From positions 1,636,864 through 1,668,804 of the forward strand of contig NW_002060953.1 in assembly GCF_000150275.1 (NCBI RefSeq): a DNA stretch of 31,941 nt, given 5' to 3'. The stretch is from Trichoplax adhaerens (lineage: Eukaryota; Animalia; Placozoa). A program made the translations under genes and the position numbers. This document shows positions 1-12,200 of this stretch, piece after piece (position 1 is the first letter of the stretch; each line of letters begins with the position of its first letter). Under the pieces are notes generated by a model. That model was not told the DNA's origin, ran no database searches, and saw nothing but the letters and a program-made list of their open reading frames with translations.

Positions 1-375
1 ACTTCTATTTTTCATGAACTTAGATCGCCATCCACCACGGCTTATCGACTTTTTAAATACTATAGCCATTTGATTAGCTCTACATATAATAGTCAACAGC
101 TGGCCTACTTCACTTAAAGTAACAAGTATTGATTGTGCTACACAAACAGTACTGGTACATGGAACGACAGATAGTAAAGAAGCAGGAAGACTGAGCAAAT
201 TAAAAAAAAGAAATATATTTAATAAGAAAAAATTCGATGCTTTAATAATAGGAGTTTTCCGATATATTACGATTGTTGTATAAATAAATATCCAGCAAAT
301 TAGATATATTGCCAAACATAAATAAAATATTACTGCAAAGGACCCGCTCGATTTGACTGGAGCCATCTGCAGAAT
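1..375 (-). CDS. Partial class C GPCR (TM1-TM3/ICL2 region), close paralog of the gene at 1192-3966; truncated by the window edge and by the N gap
   Basis: My translation of the reverse strand is open: ILQMAPVKSSGSFAVIFYLCLAIYLICWIFIYTTIVIYRKTPIIKASNFFLLNIFLFFNLLSLPASLLSVVPCTSTVCVAQSILVTLSEVGQLLTIICRANQMAIVFKKSISRGGWRSKFMKNRS. It aligns without gaps to ~1816-2190 of the next gene. Not in the ORF track. Confidence 0.9.
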   Translation of the reverse strand, partial: MLQMAPVKSSGSFAVIFYLCLAIYLICWIFIYTTIVIYRKTPIIKASNFFLLNIFLFFNLLSLPASLLSVVPCTSTVCVAQSILVTLSEVGQLLTIICRANQMAIVFKKSISRGGWRSKFMKNRS

Positions 376-425
376 NNNNNNNNNNNNNNNNNNNNNNNNN
401 NNNNNNNNNNNNNNNNNNNNNNNNN
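376..425. other. Assembly gap (50 N)
   Basis: Run of N. The missing ~1.8-kb ectodomain of the 1-375 gene implies the true gap is larger than 50 bp if that gene is complete. Confidence 0.99.
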
Positions 426-1191
426 TGATAGAATATTCTTACATTTTTCTTAGTACATTTTACAACTGAGGTTAACGATAATCTAATTAATGATGTTCTA
501 CATATAGATACTTACACATTCTTATGCTGTAATCTAACAAGTAAATGAACTATTCGCGTACGATGCTACTATAAGCTATATTTGGGGGTGTATCACATAT
601 TTTCATATACTCGTATATACGTTAAAGAAACTCTTATCAAATAGTTCAGAATGGAGATTTCTTATTGTAAGTTCTCGTCGTTAGTTGTTTGAAGGACTTG
701 CTACCGTAATATACTAGAGATAATGAAAAGGATTTGTAAAATAACGCCTAGAGATTTTTGCTGTAATTTTATTATCAATTATCCATCAAGTGTTATAAAG
801 CTCAATTTGTGGCATGCGATCCTATATCCAGTTTAGAATTTGAAGCAATGGACAACCTATTGCTTTAAGGATATTATAATAAACAAATAGTTAAATAAAT
901 CAACGTTAATTCAGGACAAATTCAGTTTTAAGAACAGCACAAGATTAAGTCAATTAAATCCATTGCCTGAATAAATGATGCTGAATAGCAAACTTTCACA
1001 CTGTGAATCAGTCAATTTGACTAAAGGTATATTTTACTGATAACGAGGCTATCTATCAGAGTCAACTATCCTCAAAATTTACTTAATTCTATCTTTAAAT
1101 TACCAATGCATTTATATTTCGACTGTAAATTGCAATATCTATGGCGTATTGTCTTATTTTATAAGGCATGAATACTCTCGTCGTATTTTTC

Positions 1192-3966
1192 CTACGTGTC
1201 TTTGTTGTTTGTGGATTTTCTGTCATTATTTGATTGAATTTGAGTTGGAGATGCTTTCATTCGATAGGGCTCTACTGAACTGGACAAAAGACTAGCCGTA
1301 GAATTTTCTTGATAAGAAGTTGGAGTTACAAGTCCACGGTGATTAAAGTTGTAGTTTGCCACACTTGCAGCTGCCTGTGAGGGTGTATTCATTTCAGGAT
1401 GAATGTAGATGATATACATTTTAGGTAGAAGGAAGCATAGCATTGATATTACTCCAGTTGAAAAAAGAGAAAAACTGGTTATTTTGCGATTTGTCAAACC
1501 AGTTGTTGCCAAAATAGAGGGAAGACTAGTCGAAAACACGCAAGTAAACATCATAGCTGAAAGAAGGATATAACGCGCTTCATTATAGTTGTCCGGTAAA
1601 GAACGTGTTTGAATGGCAAGAACTAATGCAATAATATTAAGTAATCCAAACAAGATACCATATACTAGTAATGCTGGATTATTGATATAACTGCACATCA
1701 TTTCTATCTTGTTATTAGCGTTGATAACCTTAGTCACTAATACAGGACGGTAGATTAATAAGGCGGCAATAGTCAACTGACTTAAAGCTGAGACAAGAAT
1801 AATGAATAGAACTTGACTTCTATTTCTTACGAATGTTGATCGCCATCTACTTCGACGTAATGATTTTTTAAATACTATAGCTATTTGATTAGCCCTACAT
1901 ATAATAGTCAGTAGCTGGCCTATTTCACTTAATGCAATAAGTATTGTCTGTGCTGCACAAATAATACTCGTAATTGGAAGGACAGAAAGCAAAGAAGCAG
2001 GAAGGCTAAGTAAATTAAAGAACTGAAATATATTTAATAGGGCAAAATTAGATGCTTTAATAATAGGTGTTTTTCGGTATATTACGATTGTCGAATAAAT
2101 AAATATCCAGCATATTAAATAGAATGCAGTAAATAAATAAAGTATTACTGCAACTGACCCTCTGGAATTGATTTCAGCTATCGGCATATCGATGCACAGG
2201 GTATGATTTTGATTTGCTTCAGTAAAATTAACGCATTTTTCACAACTACCTTGATTTATAGTATCCGATATTGTTTGATCTTTACATTTTTTACATCTCC
2301 AACAACATTGCAACAATTGAAAATTAGAATATTGACCGGATGCGACAGCATAACCAGGTCGGCAGTCATCTGAACAGCGAGATATCGGTATATTATCCCA
2401 TTTTTTACCTCCATTCCAAATGATTTCGTTATAGTTTATGGAAAGACCCATCTTCTCGTTCCAGCTTCCAATTTTAGTTTTTATTACAGTATTGACAGTA
2501 GCATTTTTAAATGGTTGAAGATTTATTACTTGATATGTTAATTGACTGCTTCCGTCACGTCGAAAACGGAATTTATTCGTGGTTACACCTTGAAATGAAA
2601 CATTGCGAAGAGCTCTTACAAACTCAGCGTGATTATTAGTAATAAAATTTGGATGAAAGGATGGGCAATAGCTGGAATTACAGCCTAAACTAGCGTGAAG
2701 AGTGTAAGCTAGCGCCAATACCGCGTCCATAACAAATTCAGCAATGTGATTCGTCTCGTAGAATTTACTAAATAATGTTACTTTTAATCGATGATTGAGA
2801 CTGCAAGAAGTTGCAGATAATTTTCCGTTTTGTTTGTATCCTGCCAAAGTTAATTTTTCATACCAAGCAGCTTTAAACCAAGGGTTGTTAGCATTATTAC
2901 ATAAATCTAGGTCATGCAAATATTTTATATAGGCTTTCAATGATCGGCCACTAATGTCAATACCTAAAGCACCCCCAAGTATGTCTCCGCTAATATTACT
3001 TAAACGCGATGATTTAAGCCAAGAGTAAGTGCCTATAAAGGTTCTACCGGTTAAATTCCGAGTTTGTGCTACTTCCAAGAAACTATGAACTACTGCTTCA
3101 TCACCAATGAGAATAATAACGTTAGATCGGTGTTGCCTTTTCAATCTTGAAACTGCCTTATGTAAGTCGAATTGAGTATGATTGGCATACAAAGTTATAG
3201 TCAAAGATATACAGATATTTCGACTTTTTATCGCTGAAGTTAGAATTTTTTCTACGTTGATGAAAGTATCCAAGCCTCCTATTACTATTGAAATCCAATT
3301 CCAATTGAAATAAGACACGATATCAGAAATTGCCTGTGCCTGAACTGCTAATGGTGACGTAGTTCTAAAAAAGTATGGAAATATATTACGATCGTTGAGT
3401 AATGTGCTAAATGAGTTATAACTTATCTGTGGGAAGTACAAACTACTTGTATACGATGCAAGTGCGATCGTAATACTTTCTATTTTTTCAGCTACTATTC
3501 CGATAGTAGGAACATGGCCAGATACCGATGTATGATCAGAAATTAGTGTACCATTATCACCAAATTGCAGAAAATTTACAGTTTCAGATTCGACGAGACT
3601 TGAAGTAAGAGATGACACAGCTAAGTGTCTTGATGAACAGGAATCAAGTATTTTATAACCAATTTCGATTCCAGGTAGTAATGTTGGATTATTATTAATG
3701 AGATAATCAATAGTATAGATCATAGCTTGGGTTAACTGTATATTTTCTGGGCTAAACCTGGAGCATCTAGAAGTTTTAGGATTGTAATGTAGACTATTGG
3801 GAAATATACCTTGTATTTGGACAGAACCATGTCTTTTAGAATAAAACTGTACACCAGAGTTGGCAGAAGATGTATAAGATGGTGTGGTGCTGTAAATGAA
3901 TAAAATAAAGACAATGTTGGGCCTAATAAAATTTGAGATTAAAATAGAAAGAAATATAAATCGCAT
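1192..3966 (-). CDS. Intronless class C GPCR (CaSR/V2R/mGluR-like), 924 aa, subfamily A
   Basis: Hydrophobic N-terminus; VFT motifs (AMIYTIDYLINNNPTLLPGIEIGYKILDSC, PQISY, FPYFFRT, FNWNWI, NPWF, MDAVLALAYTLH); 9-Cys domain (CSDDCRPG...CCWRCKKC...CEKC...C); 7TM with RKTPIIKASN, TRSLPDNYNEARYI, LLPKMYII. Confidence 0.96.
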   Translation of the reverse strand: MRFIFLSILISNFIRPNIVFILFIYSTTPSYTSSANSGVQFYSKRHGSVQIQGIFPNSLHYNPKTSRCSRFSPENIQLTQAMIYTIDYLINNNPTLLPGIEIGYKILDSCSSRHLAVSSLTSSLVESETVNFLQFGDNGTLISDHTSVSGHVPTIGIVAEKIESITIALASYTSSLYFPQISYNSFSTLLNDRNIFPYFFRTTSPLAVQAQAISDIVSYFNWNWISIVIGGLDTFINVEKILTSAIKSRNICISLTITLYANHTQFDLHKAVSRLKRQHRSNVIILIGDEAVVHSFLEVAQTRNLTGRTFIGTYSWLKSSRLSNISGDILGGALGIDISGRSLKAYIKYLHDLDLCNNANNPWFKAAWYEKLTLAGYKQNGKLSATSCSLNHRLKVTLFSKFYETNHIAEFVMDAVLALAYTLHASLGCNSSYCPSFHPNFITNNHAEFVRALRNVSFQGVTTNKFRFRRDGSSQLTYQVINLQPFKNATVNTVIKTKIGSWNEKMGLSINYNEIIWNGGKKWDNIPISRCSDDCRPGYAVASGQYSNFQLLQCCWRCKKCKDQTISDTINQGSCEKCVNFTEANQNHTLCIDMPIAEINSRGSVAVILYLFTAFYLICWIFIYSTIVIYRKTPIIKASNFALLNIFQFFNLLSLPASLLSVLPITSIICAAQTILIALSEIGQLLTIICRANQIAIVFKKSLRRSRWRSTFVRNRSQVLFIILVSALSQLTIAALLIYRPVLVTKVINANNKIEMMCSYINNPALLVYGILFGLLNIIALVLAIQTRSLPDNYNEARYILLSAMMFTCVFSTSLPSILATTGLTNRKITSFSLFSTGVISMLCFLLPKMYIIYIHPEMNTPSQAAASVANYNFNHRGLVTPTSYQENSTASLLSSSVEPYRMKASPTQIQSNNDRKSTNNKDT

Positions 3967-6449
3967 TTTCCTGCTTTTATGCTTAGTTTTCCCCTAGATT
4001 GTAATAATTATTATTAATCTATCTAAGACACAGTAATCGATGTCAGGAGTCTTTATATCGTAGAAATATTATGCTAAAGGCTAGACCAAATCAGCAGCGA
4101 AAGTTTTATCTTATCTTAAATATTTTTCGAAACCAACATTTCTCAGAATTATTAATAAATGTAATTGAGTAATTTTTACGTTGACTTGTAGATATATACG
4201 TATGCGTTTTAATAGCCTAAATTTTACGATATTTATTTTTGTCATGTATAAATTCTTTATTCATATGGATCGGTATTTTAAATCTCCTCAATTATTGTTC
4301 TTCAGTTTATATTTCCTAGTAACAACTATTAATAGCAGCGATTGATGTAATTATTCTAGCCTAGATCTGTCTTACAATGACTTTAAAATATTATTATTGC
4401 ATTACTCGATATGTAAATTTCAGAATGCATTTTCTGCAAAATATTCACAGAGCTTGTAGTTATTCGATAGGTTTATCCTTCCTTTATAGATTTACGTATT
4501 AAATCGATCAACAACAACCCTAGATGAATGTTGTAATATTGCGTTGTTTGATTAAATTCGTCGAGCATATCTAAAATTCGGCTTATAGCAATAATAATAA
4601 AGACTTTAAACAACAATATCATTGTTAGCATCATCATAACTCTCCATAAATGTGAGATGGAGAATATCTATCTGAATCAGGTAAAGAAACGTACTGACTG
4701 ACTCATTCATGCAATTTTCAGTGATCATTTATTTTTTTCTCCTTTAAGCTTTATAGATTGTCTTTTAAAAAATTTATTTCTCTTCAAGTCGAGTTAGCAA
4801 CAAATGGTATTGATTTAGTGCAGAAAAAATATTAAAAAAAATGGCGAACGTAAGCAGGCTTATCAAGAAATAGTGATCACCACAACATTTATTACTTTTT
4901 TTATAATTATCAGCTCTAAACATGTAATCAGTAAACTTTCAAAGCGATATAAACAGTCATGAGGCGTACCTATACTATTTTTTGACTTCAATAAATTTTA
5001 CTTAGGCTGAAAGAATTAAGTTTTAGATGGTACTAGTTGAAATGGTCGAATGTGCGCAGAAGCAAGATAAAATAAAATATACCGATCCATTACTGTATTT
5101 AGTCTTTGTATTCATATATCACAAGTCTGTGATGTTGCATTCTACCATCAGGAATAGGGAATAGGACTTTGTTTAAGATAAAAATCGAACAGATATTTTT
5201 AATTCTTACTAGTCACCATTCTAGTAGATAATTAAGGAAAATATCACTATGTTAGATACTAACTACACGAAGTAAACATTAAGTATTACTCTATTACAAT
5301 AATACATAAATGATCTAGCACCGCCGATTTATCAGTATAGTTCAATAATTGAAAGGCTTTCTTCACACCATATGTTATATATTCAACGTTAGAATAAGTT
5401 AGCTAAGTTCAGCTCACCTATTTCCAATAGTTAACCTAATCAAATATTACTAAATAATAGATTTTATACTTGTTGCTGAAAATGAAACAGATAAAACATC
5501 TTTTTATTTTAGAAATCTACCTCGCTGTCAACATGCAAATTATCTTAAAACAGTAGTGTTGTATATATAGTTAGTAATAGATTAAATACGATATCTTAAT
5601 CATAAAGGCATAAATAAAGGAAACACTATATATGTACGTATATGATAATTGTATGATAGTACTTGTAATACAGTAGGTGATAATATTGTAAAAGGTAGAC
5701 TGATAAGTTGCTAATTGTAGTGCGAAGTATAAACTATAATCGTATCGAGGTGTAACCTCGTGTAGCTATAAATACCGATCAACTAATAATAAAATGCGGT
5801 TACCAATCTTACTCACGGAGTGAACTTATTATTGAAGAACATAACAAGTAGTATCTATCAACATGACCTACGGAAAATTTCCGATCTTAAAATTATAAAT
5901 CCGTAATTTTTCAAGTAATACCTTTTGATAACCAGAATAACTAAAATTGTTTAATATATAGCAATCATGCCATGCAATTTAGAGTCAAAATCAAAATTTA
6001 AAATTTGAGTTATAATGACAATACACACACAATTATTACTCTGATAATTTCAAAGATAAGGTAAATCTACTTGATTTTTATTCAGGACTACAATTTCTTA
6101 GGACATAATAAAATGGTTTAATCCAGTATGTCATATTTTAAAACTGAACAATGTCGATATGTCTGACAATATAAAATGTAAATGACTTAATATATGGATA
6201 TTATTATAATAGTGAAATTTCAAACATTTAAGTAATTACCTGCCCCAAGGCTACGGCATTGAATCCTTTATAGTACATAATTAATTATAAATAAATCAAG
6301 TCCGCTATTTGCGATCTTAATAGCTAGTAGCTTATACCTTTCAATAATGTTGAATTAATTTTATTCGACCTTGTTAATATTAAAAATACCATTAGTTGGT
6401 GACTCTAGCAGTTTAACAGTTAATTTTATGAACGTAAATATAATTTTCT

Positions 6450-9241
6450 TTATAAATCTTCTTGGTCTGTCTCTTCTGAATAATTCTTAGGCTGAATTCG
6501 AGCTGTTAGTACTTTTCGTCCAACTGCTATTGGTGAATCAGTTAAATAGCTGTTGTTAGAATTAAGTGATATTGGTTTTGGAGATGGCCGATTATTATTA
6601 AAGGTAAAATTAGCGACACTTGCAACAGCTTGTTGACGAGTATTGTTTTCAGCTTGATAATAGATGACATAATTTTGGGTAATAGCAAACAGAAGAGAGA
6701 AATAGCCGCAAATGTAAAATTGATTATAGTTGCTACATATTGATGAGACAAACCTGTTGTAAGAAGAAGTGTTGGTACACTCGAGACAGCAACAGTAGTT
6801 ACCATTAAGGAAGCTAAAAAGATGTACCGAGCTTCACTAAAGTTATCAGGTAGCGATCGGGTTCGAAATGCCAAAGTTAACGCAGTGAAACTCAATAATA
6901 AGATTATAACTGCAAAAGCGATTATGCTCGGACTATTGGAAAATCCACACATTAATTCAATATGATTATCATCGTTGATCGTTCTTACAATACTAGCAGG
7001 ACTATAAGCAAGTAGTCCGAGGACAATAGCCTGACTAATAACTTCAGTTACAAGTATAAATAATATCTGACTACTATTGCGAATTAATTTCGATCGGATT
7101 CCACCTCCGCGTGATGTATTTTTAAAAATCATGTCAATTTGATTCGTTTTGCTAATAATGGTAACTAAAATGCCAATCTCGCTTGCACTAATCATAACCA
7201 TTTGAACAGTGCACGCCATTTTCGTCACTGGGATTAAGTAAAGAAAAGCTGATACTAGGATTAATAAATTGAAACAGAGATAGATATTTAATAGTAAATA
7301 ATTAGAACCTTTCACGACTGGAGTTTTGCGATATAAAATAATTGTGACCCATATGAAGATTAGAGCTACGAGGTAAAATGATGTCAGGATATACATTGCT
7401 ATTGCAAATGCTCCATCCCATTTAATTCTCGCTATTTGCATATCTACGCATTCAGTGTGATTATCGTTCGGTTGAGTGTAATTAACGCATTTTATACATC
7501 GTATTTGATTGATCGCATCTGAGATTGCCTGAGGTTTACATTTTCTGCATTTCCAACAGCAAGGATACCTTGATGATGCCATATCTCTCGGCAACTCAAG
7601 GTAATGACCCGGCTGGCAGTCTTCTGAACAACGTGCTGAAGGTATTTCAGACCAATTATTTCCTCCATTCCATCTAATTTTTTTCGAATCAATAATAAGA
7701 TCATTTTTCAGACTCCAAGAACCAATTTTAATCTTACGGACTGTATTTGTAGTAGCATTTTTAAATGGATGAAGAGTTACAATATCATAAGGTAATTGAC
7801 TGCTTCCATCTGGTCGAAAAACAAATCGTCGGCTGGTTATACCAGGAAAGGAAACTTTATGTAAATAATTTTTAAATTGCCCATGATCCTTTGCTATCAT
7901 ATCTGGATCAAATGGCGGGCAAGAATGAGAATTACAGCCTAGTCTATCATGCAAAGCATAAGCTAGTGCTAGTACTGCATCCATAGTAAATTCAGAGATA
8001 TAATTAGCGTCGTAAAATTTATCAAATAAGGATAATTGTAATCTACGATTGATCTTACAATTTTTTATAACTTGTTCAGCATTATAACCCGCTAATGTTA
8101 ATTTTTCAAACCATGCTTGTATAAACCAAGGATTATCAACGTTATTACATAAATCAAGATTTTGTAAATAGTTAAGAAACTTTTTGTATGTTTCTCCAGG
8201 AATGTCTAGACCTAATGCACCCCCTAGTATATCTCCACTTATATTGCTTAAACGCAACGATTTCAACCAAGTATAACTTCCAATGAATGTTTTACCGGAT
8301 AGCTTTTGAGCTTCCGCTACTTTTAAGAAGTCAAAAACTATATTTTCATCTCCAATAAGAATAATGACATTAGATTGATGCCGTTGCTTTAAATTCCTAA
8401 CTGCTCTATATAAAGCTGATTGAGTATAGTTTTCATTTAATGTTATGATTGTGGATATGCAGATGTCTCGATTCCGAGCATTCGTTGTTAATATTTGCTT
8501 GATATTAGTGACTGCTTCATTACCAGCGATTATGACTGTAATCCAGTTCCAATGGAAATAAGATATAAGATCAAAAATAGCTTTTGTTTGTAGTTGTACA
8601 GTTGACGTTGTTCTAAAAAAGTACGGATATAAGTTACGATTTTGCAGCGAATTGGTGAAAGAGTTATAACTTATTTGTGGTAAATTTAAACTGCTTGTAT
8701 ACGATGCTAGTGCTAGAGTAAGAGATTCCGATTTCTCAGCTACTATTCCGATGGTTGGATTGCGAATATTCGTATTATTCTCTAATGATGTTACAAAATT
8801 TGTAAGAATATGATTTGAATTCGGGATTTGACATGTTGCATAAGAAAAAATTTCTTTGTCAGAAGTAACGAGACTTGATGTAAGGGAAACTGAGGCTGCA
8901 AATCTTGATGAGCACGAATCCATTATCGTATAACCAAGTTCAATTCCAGGCAATAAATTTGGATTACCATTAATAAGTTGATTCATAGTGTAAATCATAG
9001 CTTGTGTTAACTGCAAGTTTTCCAGACTAAAGGCAGAACAAAGGTTAGTGTTTAGATCGTATTGCAAGGTATTGGGGAAAACTCCTTGGATTTGCATTAT
9101 ACCAGCTTTTCTAGCAAATTGTGGATTTTTTCTGTATTGATAGGCATTGCAGACAGGCGTAATAGCGCTAGTCAATAAAAAAAATATTGAACTATACAAA
9201 AATTGAGATTTTAAGATTGTAATTTGATTTCTATGAGACAT
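6450..9241 (-). CDS. Intronless class C GPCR, subfamily A, with a 1-bp frameshift just after TM7 (as assembled 899 aa ending 6542; corrected 930 aa ending 6450)
   Basis: Same domain motifs as 1192-3966. At ~6670-6672 the coding strand reads CCC AAA ATT -AT GTC ATC TAT. Restoring one T gives PKIYVIYYQAENNTRQQAVASVANFTFNN...EETDQEDL*, matching the paralog tail PKMYIIYIHPEMNTPSQAAASVANYNFN. Confidence 0.9.
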
Positions 9242-12200
9242 CTTGTAAGGTTACCGAAATAAGTTTTAATAGGACTTTATGCTTAGTGTCGTTAACGGTA
9301 AGATGACTGATTGAAATTTTTAAATTATATTAATATTATTAAAAACAACGATTTAAAATTAAAATTAGCCTGTATAGACGTATTTATCTTAACGTGAAAT
9401 CACATATAATCAATGGAAAAACCTTAGATGAATATTAGACTTATCAGATGATACGGGGCTTCTAGCTAATCGAATAGTTCAAAGTGCAGAATATCAACTC
9501 TTCCTATCGTCAAATCATCAGATGCTAACCATATGTCTGGATCGGCATGTAAATAGCATGAAATTGAATTAATTACTAGTGCTTAGTATTTTTTATTGCC
9601 ATATAGCGTATGACGAATTCCTTCCAGAATGACATAGTAAATAGCTATTGTCAATAAATTAATGTTAACAGTTACCTTAATATACGATTATAAATACTAT
9701 TTTACGGTACTGCAAAGTTTAACTTTCATGCTTCATGGTACTTACTGGAACCATTACCTTGAGTACAATAAACATAATCCTTGAAGTATGTGCGAAAAAC
9801 ATAGTCATAAATATGATTTTACGTAATAACAAAATCAATTAAAGCTACTTACTAGCCCATTAAATCAAAAAGCGCTCATGAAATTACAGTTAATGCCAGA
9901 GTAGTCGAAATCGCGAAAATAGTAACATTTTAGTCCAAATTTAGAGTTCGTTCATTTACATCTTCCTAATTGTACGCCATCAACTTAACGTAATCATTGA
10001 CTAGCATCTTTAAGTAGAAATATTAAGGGTGTTAAATAAGTAAAGGAAATCATAATCCATTTTGTAACATATTTTGGCTCTAAATCGAAAAAGGTGATAC
10101 TAAAATGCGCAAGTTTCTTATAACTGCTGGGGTAATATCCAGTCTTAACACCTATTTTTTTGCTAAACTAAAACTGATCTAAATTTACTATCATCCCACG
10201 TCACGATTTTTGATGATTTGCACATTTATATGGGTTCTTAATAGCAATCAATAAAAGTTCTGAAATTGAATAGTTATTTTTGGCAGCTTTATCATATCAG
10301 AAATTATACTTGATTTAGACTTTAGGCCAAGACATAGCAGTTGATGGAATAAATTTATTTCTTTTTTTGGTATCGATACTTTATACAATTATGTCTTTAC
10401 TGTGACGAGATAGGATAAGACACCATTTTTGATCTGTTATATGACGCAAAAACTTGTTAATTGCTTCTCAGGTCGCTATTAATAGCTTGTATTGAGCTAT
10501 GCTAATTATAGTAGTCATATGCTTTGAAAAGGGGTAGTAGTATCTTGTAATGCTTCGAATGAATTAGAAATGATCATTTTTCTAATATAATAATTAAGGA
10601 TTGCGGCCGATATGCTAAAACGTTGTACTTACAGCAATTTGGATTAAGTGCCTTGGAGTTGTAAATTAGAGGATTTTTCTTTTCTAATCGCTAAAATTAC
10701 GAATGAGCAGATTGCAAACCTAAGAGATAAAACTCACTCGCTATCATGTTGTTATTGATTTACGAATTTGCTATACCAATGTAATAGACAACAGTATTGG
10801 TTGCAGGATGTTGTACGAATCTTCTTTGCCATCAGCTTAGTTACAAGCACTTTCAGCATATTATTAGCTTCATATGTCACGATGAATGCTTATTTAGATT
10901 TACCAACAATAATAGTTGATATTTATCCTAAATAATATATCCTCTATAGTTAGGAAAAAGTATGTTAAAAATATGGTAGTTATTGGAATTGTATCTGAAT
11001 TTTTCATTCTTTAAGTTTAATGCGAAAAGAAATTTGAGGATTGGAATAAAATTTAGAATAGATTATCGTTTGCTCATCATCGATCTTAGCGGATTGATAT
11101 AGAAGAGACTAGAAACTGAGCTAAAGTTGCTTCTTATTGAACTTGGATTACATTAGAAATCTACATTACCTTTGTTGCTTATAACATATTGCCGGCGATT
11201 ACATCTAATCAATTTTCTTAGCACATTTTTTCTTTTAACAACAGTAGCTCATATAAATTAATAATAATTGATTTGAGTTTTCAGCCTTTCACATCTCACT
11301 TATCAATTGTTGCTGTTGATAAAAGAGATAATTTGTCTCGTATTAGAAAAAGATAATTAGATTATTTTGCTTTTTATGCTCCTATACTATATTTATAAAG
11401 TTAATTCAGTAGGAAGAAGAGATCATACGAACGTATGTTCAGCGGATCCAGCAAGATAGATGAAAAAAAATAATACTTGCTTCGATTTAACGCTAGACCA
11501 ATTAAATTTTATTGATTCGTTTAATAATGCCTTCAAAATTGATTCCATTTACGTCTTGAGTTAATTTAATCAATATTTTACTTCTAGGGAGAATTGCTAT
11601 ACGTCATCATCTTTTGTTGTCTAAACAAGCATTATTTTGTGTTAGAATACTTAAACTTGATAAAATTATCCATAATTCCATCAGCGATCACCTATAAACT
11701 TACCATAATGACCGAAAAATAGTCTTGAAATTGTATTTAAATATTGTATTAGAAAGTAGCGTACGTTCATTGCTTTATAAACGTAATGAGCTAGCGCAAA
11801 GGCATTAAAAGATTAAAACTTTCAAATTAGAAGTTGGCAGATTAATAAACATCGACATCCAACAAATTTTGACTTTACTGGTAGGAATTTACGTAATCAA
11901 TATTGTAATGATAATGATTTTAATCTAGCTTACTTAATGAATTAAGTGAGCGGCTTTTCCATTAAGTATACTTACTTTTGGTAAATTCATTCACATTACT
12001 AACACTGCAATATCTTAGCATTAGTAGATGTATGCGTAGAATTAACCTTAAATAACTAAGAATAAATAATTACTAAAATAATAAACTTTTATGAATTAGC
12101 TGTATCGTCTTCTAGAAGATTAAACTATTTGTAATTATTGTATATATACATTTCTTATCGATTACAGTATCAATTTTTATTCTTTTAAGATTGTAATAAA

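Noticed and set aside
355-375. ATCTGCAGAAT next to the gap resembles a cloning-vector polylinker
   Set aside because: It translates in frame as LQMA, matching the paralogs (MQIA/MPIA), so it is probably genuine coding sequence.
10526-10560. GAAAAGGGG...TGTAATG resembling a PPT plus LTR start
   Set aside because: No LTR end, TSD or internal retroelement sequence nearby.
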